Shown here: one piece after another, positions 50,754-63,682 of the stretch
Numbering within the stretch: position 1 is the stretch's first letter
How the letters are laid out: every line of letters starts with the position of its first letter
Source: Octopus vulgaris
Lineage: Eukaryota
Direction: 5' to 3'
DNA length: 64,000 nt
Assembly (NCBI GenBank): GCA_951406725.2
Contig: OX597814.1
Span: forward strand, 127,596,001-127,660,000
Notes under the pieces: model-generated
The model's database searches: none
Told to the model about the DNA's origin: nothing
Seen by the model: the letters and a program-made list of their open reading frames with translations, nothing else
Made by a program: the position numbers and the translations under genes

Positions 50754-52031
50754 TTACTGTTCTGTACTCAACTAAAGCTTCATTCTGAAGGATATTGTAT
50801 ATTGAGTTCTACACCAGGTTATTAGTCTCACAATGCCTAGGTGAAATGTGTGTGTGTATGTACAAACATGCACGCACTCGTGCGCGAAACAGGCATCTTT
50901 GTAGTTTCTGTCTACCAAATCCACTCACAAGTCTTTGGTTGGCATGTGTCTTTAGTAGAAGACAAGATGTCACACAGTGAAACTGAACCCAAAACTGTGT
51001 GGTTGAGAAGCATGCTTTCTTCTTAACTACACAGCCATACCTGCGCCTTTCCATTTCACTTTTTATTCAATACAGCCCTTAGCCTGACATGTTGGATAGT
51101 TGACTCAATCAGTCTATTTTACACCCACAACCCAGTCCTTAGGTTGGATGCCTTTAGCAGAGCTCAATCTGTTGCAAGCATTCAGACCAATTTTCCAGTC
51201 TTTACAGTATCTTCCTCCCTGTCATTCTTATACATGGGTGTTGACCATTCCTCTTTGACTAAGTCATAAAATAAATTGTACATTGATTGGGAGAGAAGTT
51301 TCTAGCAATAGCCCCTTCTGTTGTTAACAAACACATGAATTGATAAAATAAACTGTATGTTGTAATAGGAATTAATAAGTATCGATATGCATTTTTTAAA
51401 ATCTTATAAAATCAAATAATCCATCGAAGTAAAATTTAGTTATTTATGCAAAAAAGCCCATTTTTTTTAGCTAATTTTACTTTGATCTCTTCTAAAAGAT
51501 GCAGTAACGTTCCTAAAGAGATGCTAAAATTCTTTAACCTTCTTATGAGAAATTCTTAGAAAAATGTATTTTTGTCCTTTCACCCCTCTTACATTTCTTT
51601 ACATTTATTTTCTATCAGACACAGCTGTGATGAAGAAGTTCACTTCCCAATCACATGGTTTCAGGATTAGTCCTACTGTGTGGTACCTTGGGCAAGTGTC
51701 TTCCACTATAAGTCCTGGGCTGGCCAAAACCTTGTTTGTTAGTGGGTTTAGCCAACAGAAATTGAATAAGGCCAGCCGTGTGCCTGTGTGTGTGTGTCAC
51801 TTTGTCTTGATGTCATATGATAGTTGTAAGTGCGCATCACCATCATGCAAATGGTGCCATTCATTTCTGAGTCTTCTGTGAAATCATAGCCAACCAAGGG
51901 GAAATATTTTCTTTCTTGCAAACCAATGAAGTATATCAACAGCAATGGTATCCAGCTATAGGTAGTCTATTTCAATGGATTCCCCCTAACTTATGCTAGC
52001 ATGGGAAAGTGGTCATTAAAACAACGATGGA

Positions 52032-52100
52032 GGGCTCATGGTGTAATGGTAGCACATCTGACGTTCAATCAGAAGGAATGTGTTCGATTCTCACAACTAC
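52032..52100 (+). pseudogene. tRNA-like pseudogene or SINE head (closest in appearance to tRNA-Trp)
   Basis: GGCTCATGGTGTAATGGTAGCACATCTGA-cgttcaa-TCAGAAGG...GTGTTCGATTC. The anticodon stem pairs but the loop is abnormal and the acceptor 3' strand is missing. Confidence 0.6.
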
Positions 52101-52279
52101 CTGAATCCATTTTGTCCAACCCATGCCAGCAGGGAAAACAGACGTTAAATGATGATTATAATGATTGAAATATTAACATTTTTTGTTCTTATGTGTAAGG
52201 GAGTCTATTAAACAAATCTTTACCTAAAAAAAGAAAATGACTACCAAAAAACCTAAATAGTTTTCTGTTTGTGTTTCAG

Positions 52280-52359
52280 GCAGTAATGATTACCAGTTGG
52301 TGACTTGGTCAAAGGATCAGAGTTTAAGAATTTGGAAAATAGATTCTAACTTGCAGAAG
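52280..52359 (+). CDS. WDR59: WDR59 coding exon 11
   Basis: GSNDYQLVTWSKDQSLRIWKIDSNLQK; AG/GT; phase 1 to 0. Confidence 0.94.
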
Positions 52360-53057
52360 GTAAGATTACTTTAAGCTTAATCTGATGATTTGGAGGTTAG
52401 CTTTTATTACATGCTGCTTACATTTATTGTTTTTTGTGTTGAAATATGTGTTAGACTAGTCCCAACTATGGCTGTGTGGTTGAGAAGCTTGCTTTTCAGC
52501 TATATAGTCTTGGCTTTAGTCTCACTGTGCAGCACGTTGGGCAAGTGTCTGTTATTGCTCTAGGCTGACCAAAGCCTTGTAAGTAAATTTTGTTGATGGA
52601 AACTAAAAAGAAGCCCATTGTATGCATTAAATGTATGGTGCACGTTTGTGTACCTTTGTCTTGTAGGTGTCATTGTCCTACAAGTCTTGTTCATTTTCAG
52701 CTTCCCATGGAAAACATACTTGGCCATGGGAAATATTACCATGCTTGGGTTGGTGACAGGATGGGCAGTGGGCAGTAGAAAATCTGCCTCAAAAAATTCC
52801 ATCGAAGCCATGAAATCATGGAAGAGTGAACATTAAATGATAATGATTTTGAAAATTTGAATGTGTTTATATTATTAAAGTGAGATGGACAGCATTTGGC
52901 AGTGCTGCCACTGAGGGAGTGTCTACACAGTCATTTGATCCACTGGCAATATCAGCCAAATCTTCTTCATATCACAGTTTACTGCCTTAAAAAATGTAGA
53001 GCGCATTGGATAATGTCATCTAGATACACAATACTTCAGTAAAAGATAAGATGATCA

Positions 53058-53460
53058 AGATCTTTTTGGTTTGAACCGCAGTTTTTTCTAGTGGTGTCAT
53101 ATGAAATTGTCACCCATAATCATGACCCTAGTATCGATCTATTGCATTTCAATCTGTTTTAGGGTTTGGGGTGGGTATCTTTTTTTTTTCACAAATGTAA
53201 ATAAACCCAATCTGTTTCTTAAATGAAGGACATATTCATACGGCACAGAATGTTTTTTACCTCAATGGATGTCATTGATTGGTTGAAATTGCAGAAATTG
53301 AAGAAAAAAAACAACAAATATCTTACAAACTATAGAATTTTCTCAATAAAGCCAAGAGAAAAAGATGTTTTATAAACACATTCTACCAGTATACGAAGTT
53401 TAAAATTTTTTAGTTACCTAGAAATTATGTTAAAAACTGCCGTTCAAACCAAAAAGATCC
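53058..53460. mobile_element. MITE with ~30-bp TIRs and 8-bp TSD (copy 2)
   Basis: Highly similar to 48797-49210; TSD GATGATCA at 53050-53057 and 53461-53468. Confidence 0.9.
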
Positions 53461-55496
53461 GATGATCATGGCTGCAATGCCTTTAATCACAGGTCTTTTA
53501 GGTTAGAGCTGACCTGGGATGAAACAGCAATGACAAGGAAGGACACATTAAATGATGTAGTCCTGGATATGTTATATCTGAATAAAAGGTAGAAACAGCG
53601 ACCACTTTTTAAGGTTGTAGGTATGGTTGTGTGGTTAAGAAATTCATGTCCCAGTATATGGTTTCAGGTTCAATACTATTTAAATAATAATAATAATGAA
53701 ATTATTGTATACAGTGCTCAGGTGCACCACAACTTGTCAAAAGTGCATATAAAGCATATGCAGTAATGTACAAATGTCTGGGAAGTGAACAGTGTATGAG
53801 TCAGATACATGCTTGCATGTGTATGGAGGGGAGGAAATCAGGTGTAATGTTATATGGTGTCTTGGACAAGGGTCTTCTGCCATAGCCATGGCTCAAGCAA
53901 AAGCCTTCTGAGTGAAATTTAGTAGATAGAAAATTGTGCAGAAGCCTGTCAGAGTGACCATTCCTATTCTTGGGTGGTTGAATAAATCTAACTTAAATAG
54001 TGACTAAATAGTAAAGTCCACTCTATTGCAAGCATTTAAGCCAGGTCACCTATTTGAAGATACCCCTTCCACCAGTTTCAGAGACCTAATGAAAGATTTT
54101 TGGCCTGCCTACCTCCTAAAAAGAAAGCCAAAATATGTCTCCCTCCAGTCTCCTGATAAATATTAACTGTAAAATAAATATACTCTGTTAATTGGTTATT
54201 ATATATTTCTTGACAGAGATTTTTTATTTCCAAGGTAAGTATCCCTCCACCTCCTCGGCTAATACCTACCTCAATTCACTACCTCCCTATGTCTGCCAAT
54301 TTTTCTTCCTCTATTTGCTATGAAGCAGGTTGGAGCAGTGAGCAGAAGTTGGGTGGGGTAGGGGAGTAAACAAGTTTCCTCTTCTTTCTGTCCTTCAGTT
54401 TTATTCTCCATTTTCCTTTTGCCCTTTTCCAAATATTTTTTATCCTTTTCCATTTTTACAATATTAAATTTTTATTGAAAGTTATCTGATGGTGGCAAGC
54501 TGGCAGAAACGTTAGCACGCTGGGTGAAATGCATAGCCATGTTTCGTCTACCATTATGTTCTGAGTTCAAATTTCGCCGAGGTCAACTTTGCCTTTCATC
54601 CTTTCGGGGTCGATTAAATAAGTACCAGTTGCGACTTAATCCATTTGTCTGTCCTTGTTTGTCCTTTCTGTGTTTAGCCCTTTGTGGGTAGTAAAGAAAT
54701 AGTTATCTGCTGCATCACAGTCACCTGACTCCTGAGTCTCTCTCCAGCAGAGATTTAATCATCCAAGTTACAATGTCAAGAAATGCTTTCCAAGAACTGT
54801 TATTCAACATCATCATCATTGTTTAAACGTCTGTTTTCCATGCTGGCATGGGTTGGACAGTTTGACTGAGGTCTGGAAAGCCAGCAGTTGCACCAGACTC
54901 CAATCAGATTTGCCAATGTTTCTACAGCTGGATGCCCTTCCTAATGCTAACCACTCCGAGAGTGTAGTGGCTGCTTTTTTATGTGCCACTGGCATGGGAA
55001 CCAGTCAGGTGGACCTGGCATCGACCACATTCAGATGGTGCTTTTTTTGTGCCACTGACATGGGAGCCAGTCAGGGGGCACTGGCATCAACGACGTTCGG
55101 ATGGTGCCTTTTACATGTCACCATCTTGGGAGCCAGTCAGGCAGACCTGGCATCAACCACGTTTGGATGGTGCTTTTTACGTGCTACTGGAATAGGAGCT
55201 AGTCAGGGGGCACTGGCATCAACCATGTTCAGATGATGCATTTTACGTGCCACCAGAATGGGAGCGATTTGAAATTCTCCAGATTTTCACTGGCTGTTAA
55301 AGAGTACCATTAAAAAATAGTTTGGTGTGGAGACCATTTCTCAGGTTGTTAAGAGTTCATACATTGGGGGTGGAATGCGTTGCATTAATCATTCCAGTTC
55401 TCTTCATTCTGAGTTCAAACCCTGCTGCTGTCAGCTTTGCTTTTCATCCTTTCAGAGTTGATAAATAAAGCACTGGTCCAGTAAGGGGCTCAGTTT

Positions 55497-55499
<3 letters not shown>

Positions 55500-55587
<88 letters not shown>
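55500..55587. repeat. (TC)n(AC)n microsatellite, one of many (TA, CA, AAT, CAT)
   Basis: Direct observation. Other long tracts at 3460-3506, 9987-10058, 27416-27620, 34278-34340 and 44107-44182. Confidence 0.95.
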
Positions 55588-58500
55588 AGTCAGCTGTATT
55601 CAGACTTGAAGAGAGATGGGCCCCACCAGCTTTAAAATGAATAAGATATATGGCATGTCTGTCACTGGACAGGCTCCTGTGCATGTGGCACATAAAAAGC
55701 ACCATTTGAGTGTCGCCATTGCCAGTACCACCTGACTGGCCCTCATGCCGGTGGCACATAAAAGCACCCACTACACTCTCGGAGTGGTTGGCATTAGAAA
55801 GGGCATCCAGCTGTAGAAACTCAGCCAGATCAGATTGGTGCCTGGTGCAGCCATCTGGTTTGCCAGCCCTCAGTCAAATCGTCCAACCCATGCTAGCATG
55901 GAAAGCGGACGCTAAACGATGATGATGATGATGATGATCTGGTCATATTTGTTTGTATGTGTAATGGCTCTCTCATTCTTTCTATTTATATTTCTGTGTG
56001 CGTATGTGTGTGTGTTTGTATTTACCTCCAGTACCAAAACATATTTCCTCCCAAACAGCTTGAATCTCCAGTCAGCCATGCCAGATCATTAACATGCAGA
56101 CAGCCATTTCCAATCATTTCATTTTTCTGACTCACTGATTGTTTCCTATTTCATATACATGTGAGAGACATAACCTTTTGAATGCAAGAAATCTCAGTAA
56201 GAATTGTACCATGGGAAGTGGAGAATATCATTGTATGTGGGTACTTCTGCTAGATAATAATACTGCTCTTTTGACGAATAATTTATCTTGACAGTCTTAG
56301 TTATTTCATGAGAAACTGCTTGCTGTTTTATATATTAGTTTAATGTGTGTGTGTGTGTTAGTGCATGCATGTGCATATACACACCCAAATGCATATATAT
56401 AAATAAAGGAAGAAAATGTGAATTTCATAAGTTACATCATGGACAACCCATGAAGGCACTGATTCCAAATATGAACTGATACAGGGATTAAAAGACTAGC
56501 ACTGTCGCAGATAACATCTCTTGTATCTGTAGTTTGATGAAATGCACTTACTCTTTGCTGTAATGGAATTGGTGATAGAAAAAGCATCCAGCTGTAAAAA
56601 TCCTTCCCCTCCCTGCAAAGAAAAAAATAAAGCAGGAAATAGATGGAGGGGGGCTCCAAAAGGGGTCTCAGGGAGTAGCGTCCTTGCCTTCCTGAGCTAG
56701 TTTTCCACCACATTTCTTAAAAATCATAGTAGAAACCTTGATCTCGGGATCACTCATGTCTAGAAACTGAGGTTGGGGGTAAGCTCCCCCATAGAAAATC
56801 CAGCTCCAAAAAAGCCCCATGACAGCAAAGGAGAATGGGCACCAGCCAGCCCAAAAGTTGGGGTGGGCTGCACTTGCCTACCTCAGTTACTATAGCATTG
56901 AGGTAAATCCAGCCACCCCCATTAACGGGGACAAAGCCCGTATTTAAAACACTGGACTCTGCAAAGTGCATTACAAGCAAACTGTAGAGGAGAACGATAA
57001 CTCCAAAAGAAAACTGATGTGAAGTATAGGGGTATATTTAGTTCCTCATGTCTAGTGCCTATGACATGGTGAAATACACCCAGTTCATTTTGTAATAGGG
57101 ATAAGAATGCTTCAAAACCTGTCCACACTTTGCATGTATGGAATACTGGAGCAAAAAATTATACCTTTACTATTTATCTTTTACATGTTTCAGTCATTAG
57201 ACTGTGGCCATGCTGGGGCACCACTTTGAAGGATATTTTTCTTTATCAGATGAATTGACCCTGGTACCTTTTTTTTTAAGCTTGGTACTTATTCTATCAG
57301 TATTTTTTGCTGAGCCACTAAGTTATGGGGGTGTAAACACACCAAAACCAGCTGTCAAGCTGTGGTGGAGGACAAACACACACACACACCTATGACAAGC
57401 TTCTTTCAGTTTCCATCTACCAGATCTACTCACAAGGTTTTGGTCAGCCCAAGGCTACAGTAGAAGACTCTTACCGAAAGTGCGGTGCAGTAGGACTAAG
57501 CCTGGAACCATGTGGTGTGAAAGTGAGCTTCTGATCACACAGCCATGCCTGCACCTGTATGATGAAAAAATTAGTATTGATGTGAGACCATAACCTCGTG
57601 GCCTATGCCAGGGGTGTAACCAGCCCACTTATGTGTACCTTTTCTTCATGGGACACTAAACTTTGCTTGCGAAGACCTGTTGAGGCAAGTGAAATCGAAA
57701 TCAAATTTGATGACTGGCATCTGTGCTAGTGGAGCGCTAAGAGCACCATCCGAACGAAATCGTTGCCAGAGCAGTTAACTGGCTTCCGTGCCGGTGGCAC
57801 GTAAAAAGCACCATTCGAGCGTGATCGTTACCAGCATTGCCTTACTGGCACATGAAAAAACATTCAAGCGAGGTTGTTGCCAGTGCCACTGGACTGGCTC
57901 CTGTGCAGGTGGCACGTAAAAAAACACCATTTGAACATGGTTGTTGCCAGTACCGCCAGACTGGCCCTCATGCCAGTGGCACGTAAAAACACCTACAACA
58001 CTCTCGGAGTGGTTGGCGTTAGGAAGGGCATCCAGCTGCAGAAACTCTGCCAGGTCAGATTGGAGCCTGGTGCAGTCATGCTAGCATGGAAAGCAGATGT
58101 TAAACGATGATGATGAAATGTAAATTTAGGTAAATTAGCTGCAGTAAAAGTATCAAAACATGTAGTAGAGCTGTTTATTCTTTCAAAGCTAATGTTTTAC
58201 CCTATGATTAACCAAAGCTTCTCCCTCACTTGTGATCATTCAAACAACAGATAAATCTTTTTGCAATCAGAAAGAGTGCATTTGGTGAAACAGCTTTGGA
58301 TGGGAGTGTGTGTGTAGATTTTTTATTTTCTTTTATTGAAACTAAGAGTTTGTCTTACACCTGTGATATTCAGGTGAGAGACCACACCTTGTACATATTC
58401 AGCACATGTACAAGTTGTGGTTTATCATGTGAATATCACAGGCATGAAACTTGAGTAATGAGACAAACTCACGCTCCTGTCTCATTCATCTGACATGTAC

Positions 58501-58952
58501 AAACATGTATATGTACAAACACACACACACACACACACGATATTTATATGTGTTTACTAAATTCTTTGTTAACTTTTTTGAGGAAAATAGATAGTGACAT
58601 TTTTGGAGAAATAAAATGTTTTGATGTTTATACCTGTACAAATCTAAATGTTCATACCTGTACATACCTGTACAAATCTAAATGAAGAGAAATAGCTTAA
58701 TTTAAGAATCAAAACTAGAGAAGTGATCTAGCTTGATAGGAACTTTTATCTGAATGAATAAATTTTGATTATAAATGTACACACACACACACACAAGCAT
58801 ATGTGTGTGTGTACATATATGCCACAAAAATGCATGTAACACATGCTATAAAGTGGCTGGTTATTTTAAAGGGTATAATAATAATAATAATAATAATAAT
58901 AATTGTGTACAGTGCTCAGGTGCACTACAACTCATCTAAAGTGTATATATAA

Positions 58953-61783
58953 TCAGGTGAAGTTTCGGCGGATTTCGGAAAGCATGAGGGCCTTAAAAGA
59001 TGCAGTGTCATGGCAGTCAACAACTGACGCAGGCAGTTTATTCCATGCTTCAGCAACTCTGAGCGTGAAAAAATGTTTCCGAAAGTCATGGGAGCTGTAT
59101 TGTTTTCTGACTTTGTAGGCATGTCCACGTGTGTTAGACACATGGAGATCAAAAAGGTGTTCAGTGTTGTTGTTGGTGAGGTGGTTGATAACTTTGTGGG
59201 TGTTTACCAAGTCCGTCGCCAAACGCCGGAGCTTCAGTGAATCCATGCCCAGGGAAACAAGGCGCTCAGAATATGGTAGGTGTCTGATGGAGGGTATGCG
59301 TTTGGTTGCACGTCTCTGGACAGATTCCAGGAGGTCAATGTTCTGTGCAAGATAGGGGTTCCAAACTGATGATGCGAATTCCAAGTGTGGTCGTACCATA
59401 GCTGTATACAGTTTTAAATAGATGGCTGGAGAGCGGCTAACAAAAGACCTGCTGAGTGATGCCAAGACACCCTCGGCCTTCCTGACAATCTTAGAGATAT
59501 GCTTTGACCAACGCAAATCACTGCTGACAGTGATGCCTAGGTCACGCTCGCAAGAGGATTTCTTGATATCAGTGTTGTGGAGGGAGTATGTGAACGCAGG
59601 GTTTTTTCTCCCAAAATGCATGGTGGTACACTTGTCCACAGCCAGTTTCAGTTGCCAGTCTGTGATCCATTGCTGCATTGTGTCTAGGTCTGATTGCAGG
59701 AAAGAGTTGTAGACATCAGGATCTGTCCTCTTGATTTCAAGGTACAGCTTGATGTCGTCTGCATATTTCAATACTGTGGCATTCTTTAAATTGGCATCTA
59801 TGTCGTTAATGTATGCCACAAACAAGAGGGGCCAAGGACAGATCCCTGTGGTACACCCGATGACATCTCATATGGTGTTGAGTGCTGTCCTAGAACTGTG
59901 ACTACCTCCTTTCGGCTGAGGATGAAGGATTTCAACCAGTTAAAAAGGTCATCCCCCACACCCATTGCAGAGAGTTTCACCATAAGCCTTTTGTGTGGCA
60001 CAGAGTTGAAAGCCTTAGCAAAGTCAAGGTAGACAACATCCACCCATGAGCCACTGTCAGTAATCTGAGTAATGTCCTCAAGGAACTCGACAAGCTGGTC
60101 ACTGCAGCTGGAGTTAGGGACAAATCCATATTGTGAGGGTCGGATGAGACTGTGAGAGCTCCAGAAGTTCCAGAGTGTTTCTCTGACACACGATTCCATC
60201 AGTTTTGCAATACAGCTAGTGAGACTGACTGGGCGATAGTTGACAGGTGATGTGCGGTCGCCCTTTTTGAACAGAGGAATGACACTGGCAGTTTTCCACT
60301 GCTCCGGAGTAGCACCATTGTTGAGACAGTACTGGAAGAAAATAGAAAGCTGGTGTAAAAGGAAGTGCCTGCCACGTTTGAGAAGCAGGTATGTAACTCC
60401 ATCGAGACCAGGGGAGGCATAGTTGCGCTTATTTTGAAGGTGACGTCGCAGCATTGCAGGTGTAAATTCCATAGTTGTTATGGAGTTTGCTGTTAGTGAT
60501 GGTGAAGATGGTACATTTTGACTTTCAACAGTGAATATGTTTGCATAGCACTCGGCAATGAGTTCTGCGCATTCCTTGGGGTCGTCAGTGATCTGGTTTG
60601 TGTGAGGGTTGCGAAGAGGGCCCACTGGAGAGTGAGGTCTCTGCTTTGAGTGCACATATTTCCAGAAAACCTTGCTGTCAGGATTGGCTGCTATGCACTG
60701 TTCAAATTCAAGCACTGCTTTTTTTGTCACTTGCTTGAGATGGTTGGAGGATTTATTCCGCTTCTTCCTGTTGGTGTCTGATTTATGCAACCTGTATTCC
60801 CGTTCAGCAGTCCGACGTTCCCTCCTGGCAAGTCGGACCGCTGAAGTTTCCCAAATTGCCCTTTTGGGGCGGTTCTTCTTTTTTTGTTTACGTGGCACTG
60901 ATGCTGCACATGCTGCCCATATTGAGTCCAGGATACTCTGGAGTATAGTATTCACATCTCCAGAGTTGTAGAATTCACGCCAGTTTGGGTGCTGTAGTTC
61001 AGTGTGGTACAGGTTCCAATCTGCTCTCTTCCAAACGAAGGAAGCAGATTGGAGATGGTTCAGGTTTTTGTTGCCCGCAAGAGCCAGATTGGCGATGATC
61101 ATAGCATGATCAGAGTCACCTAGAGGTTCCTCCGTAGTGCAATTGATAACCGCTTCAGGAGTTGTGGTGAAGAGCAGGTCCAAGGTGTTGTCGCCTCTTG
61201 TTGGAGAGGTGACTACTTGTGACCAGTTTGAGTCCAGCACAAGCTCAACAAAATCGTTTGCACTCTGTGGCCAATGGAAGGTCTCCCAATCGATCTCAGG
61301 ATGATTGAAATCGCCTGCAATAAACACATAAGTGGCTGTTTTCCTGGCAGCAGCTCGGAGGACATTGCAAAGCTGTGTGTCCCGATGGTAACTTGGGGGA
61401 CGATAAACAACGCCAAGCAGGAGTGTTGACATGGTCATACGCACGTCACAGAAAAAAACTTCTTCTTGTGATTCGTTCAAATCGGCACAAGGAATTACCA
61501 AAAAATTTGAACGAACGTAGACCATCACACCACCACCACGGCGGTTAGTGCGGTCCTTACGGAAGAGGTTGTACCCCGTAATGTTGAAAACCCCATCACA
61601 GAGTAAGGAATGCGCCCATGTTTCCGTGACAGTGATGAAGTCAGGGTCAACACTTCTGACGTAGGCGTTGAACAAATGTATTTTGTTGCATAAACTGCGA
61701 GCATTTAAGGACAACAATTTGTACCCTGCTCGCAGTTTATGATGGTGTGTAGAGGATGGCAGGTTGTTCTGGCTTAGTTTCCC
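58953..61783 (-). CDS. CR1 ORF2: APE endonuclease and reverse transcriptase (one 1-nt frameshift at about 59830; no AUG start)
   Basis: NARS, VTETW, VYRPP, GDFN, LDL, SDH; NYRPVSLT, YLDFAKAF, GVPQGSVLGP|LLFVAYIND, YADD, ERDLG, RPHLEFAS, LESVQRRATK. The frame is open up to the GGGAAAC heptamer at 61783. Confidence 0.88.
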
Positions 61784-62981
61784 TGAGTTGCTGTAGTTTT
61801 TTTAGTTATTGTGGGTAGAGAGCACTCAGACCAGCTGGTATCTCTCTTCCACGTTTCAGCAGTCTTGACAAATCTCCAGATTTGTCCATCTTCCCGAAGA
61901 CTGAAGCTTTCCTGTAGAGCTGAGTTCCTATTCAGGGAAGCCACTACACGTAGCTTTGGGCGTACATCGGACGGTAAGCCTGGGCGTGTTCGGAAGGTGG
62001 TCCGATTTTCCCGCCCAGCTTTAACTGAGGCCAGATGGTAAGAGGTTGCCTCAGTGGGGTCCGTAAAAGACAACTTGATGAGCCTAGGTTTTGGGCCAGG
62101 TCGTCCAAGGCGGATAGCACCCGTTGGGGGAACGCAGCCTAGGTCTTTGGCTGAGTTGGCAGCAAAAGCCTGAAGATCAGCCATGTCTTCTGGCACCCCA
62201 ATGGCAATGACTTCATGGGTGGCAGAATCCGCGGTCTTAAATGCGACAAGAGGTACAGGTACAGGGAGGTTCTTTAGCAGAGCATTCCGATAAGACCCCT
62301 CATTGTGGAGTCCAACCTGAATGGTTGCTTTTATTCCTGCTACTTCCCCTTTTAAAGCACAGATCGATTGTTGCAGTTCTGCAAGAACCGCACTGGTCAA
62401 TTGGTGTTGTTGTTGTTGCTGCTGTTGCTCTGGTTGTGGTTGATTTTGTTGTTGCTGTTGTTGTTGTTGATGTTGTTGTTGCTGCTGCTCTGGTTGTGGT
62501 TGATTTTGTTGTTGCTGCTGCTCTGGTTGTGGTTGATTTTGTTGTTGCTGCTGCTGCTGTTGTTGTTGCTGTTGTTGTTGCTGCTGCTCTGGTTGTGGTT
62601 GATTTTGTTGTTGCTGCTGTTGCTGTTCCGCCTCCTCCACGGGAGTGGCAGGGGAGACACAATCGTCGGTTGTGGAGGCACGCAGGCCTGACACTGAAAA
62701 GTCCAAGATTTAAGCTGAACCATCTTCCAGAGTCTATCCATCATAGCATTATGATGGCTCTTTTTTTGGCCTGGGATCTTCTGAAAGTCCGTGGCACATT
62801 GGAGGCAGACAGAGATGAGACATGTCCCACATTCGACCCAGCGATTACGGAACGTATTTTCGGGTTCCGTACAGATGTGGCAGGTGTGATTTTCTGGGCA
62901 GTGTTCTATTTTAGAGCAGCGACCAGTCTTATCGCACGCCGCTATGGATTTCACCATGGCGATTCTGTTGGTTCTGGTCAT
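61774..62981 (-). CDS. CR1 ORF1: PHD-like finger, polyQ tract, coiled coil and RRM-like region (one frameshift at about 62650)
   Basis: ATG at 62981 (MTRTNRIAMVK) leads to CHIC...CGTC-x4-CLQC...CQAC. The -1 frame continues with polyQ, LAELQQSICALKGEVAGIK and IRLGRPGPKPRLIKLSF, ending QGN*. Confidence 0.75.
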
Positions 62982-63682
62982 CCGTAGAGACAGAAAATGT
63001 AAACAACAATACGATAAAAGTAAAATATAAAATATTTGTTTTTGATTCGTTCTTTTTTGTGTATATTCCTTGTTCTTAAATATTGCGTGTGTATATACAC
63101 ATGTTTCGTTCTTTTTTGTGTATATTCCTTTTTTTCTTAAATATTGCGTGTGTATACATAAAAGTATTTGTGCGTATAGACACGGAGAAAGTTTGTAAAC
63201 AGAAATGAAATTTTTGATTTTTTTTGCAGTGTAGTCCGTCACATTAAATAGTGTGATTTATTTTCACTCTGCACGTATATACATGTGTGCTACAAGTATC
63301 TATGTATGTATGTATGTCACTGCTTTATAAATTTTATGGCTTTATCCAGCCATAGAAGCCATGCCTAAGCAGATCCTGGAGCATTTTGCAGTCCTTGGAC
63401 CCATCAAATCATGTCAAACCATTCAACCCATGCCAACATGGAATAAGGGCATTAAATGTCTATGTGTGTGTGTGTGTGTAGGTGCATATATATTTTCATG
63501 GACATTAAATGGCTATGTGTGTGCGTGTGTAGGTGCATATATATTTTCCTAATACATGTATGTAAGCATTTGATTTAATACAAATTTGAAAAGAAATATT
63601 TGGTAAAAATGTCTCATTTTTATCTGAAGGAAAAGAATGACTGTATATTAAAGCAAATATTATTTTTTCTACTTTATACTAG

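Larger units (their letters stand above)
58876..63000 (-). mobile_element. Near full-length CR1-type LINE in WDR59 intron 11 (antisense)
   Basis: ORF1 (PHD-like finger, polyQ, coiled coil), ORF2 (APE and RT), very short 3' UTR and (ATT)n tail at 58876-58903. The 5' end is uncertain and may extend to about 63250. No TSD found. Confidence 0.92.

Noticed and set aside
52032-52100. Functional tRNA with anticodon TTC
   Set aside because: G at position 33, no acceptor-stem 3' strand and no CCA-proximal structure.
54975-55260. Repeat/variable-segment arrays that resemble a CRISPR array
   Set aside because: The variable parts are homologous to each other, the arrays lie in the RTE 3' UTR, the DNA is eukaryotic and no cas genes are present.
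62241-62987. Plus-strand poly-V/poly-L ORFs and the minus-strand poly-T ORF
   Set aside because: Alternative-frame or antisense readings of the ORF1 CAA/CAG tract.
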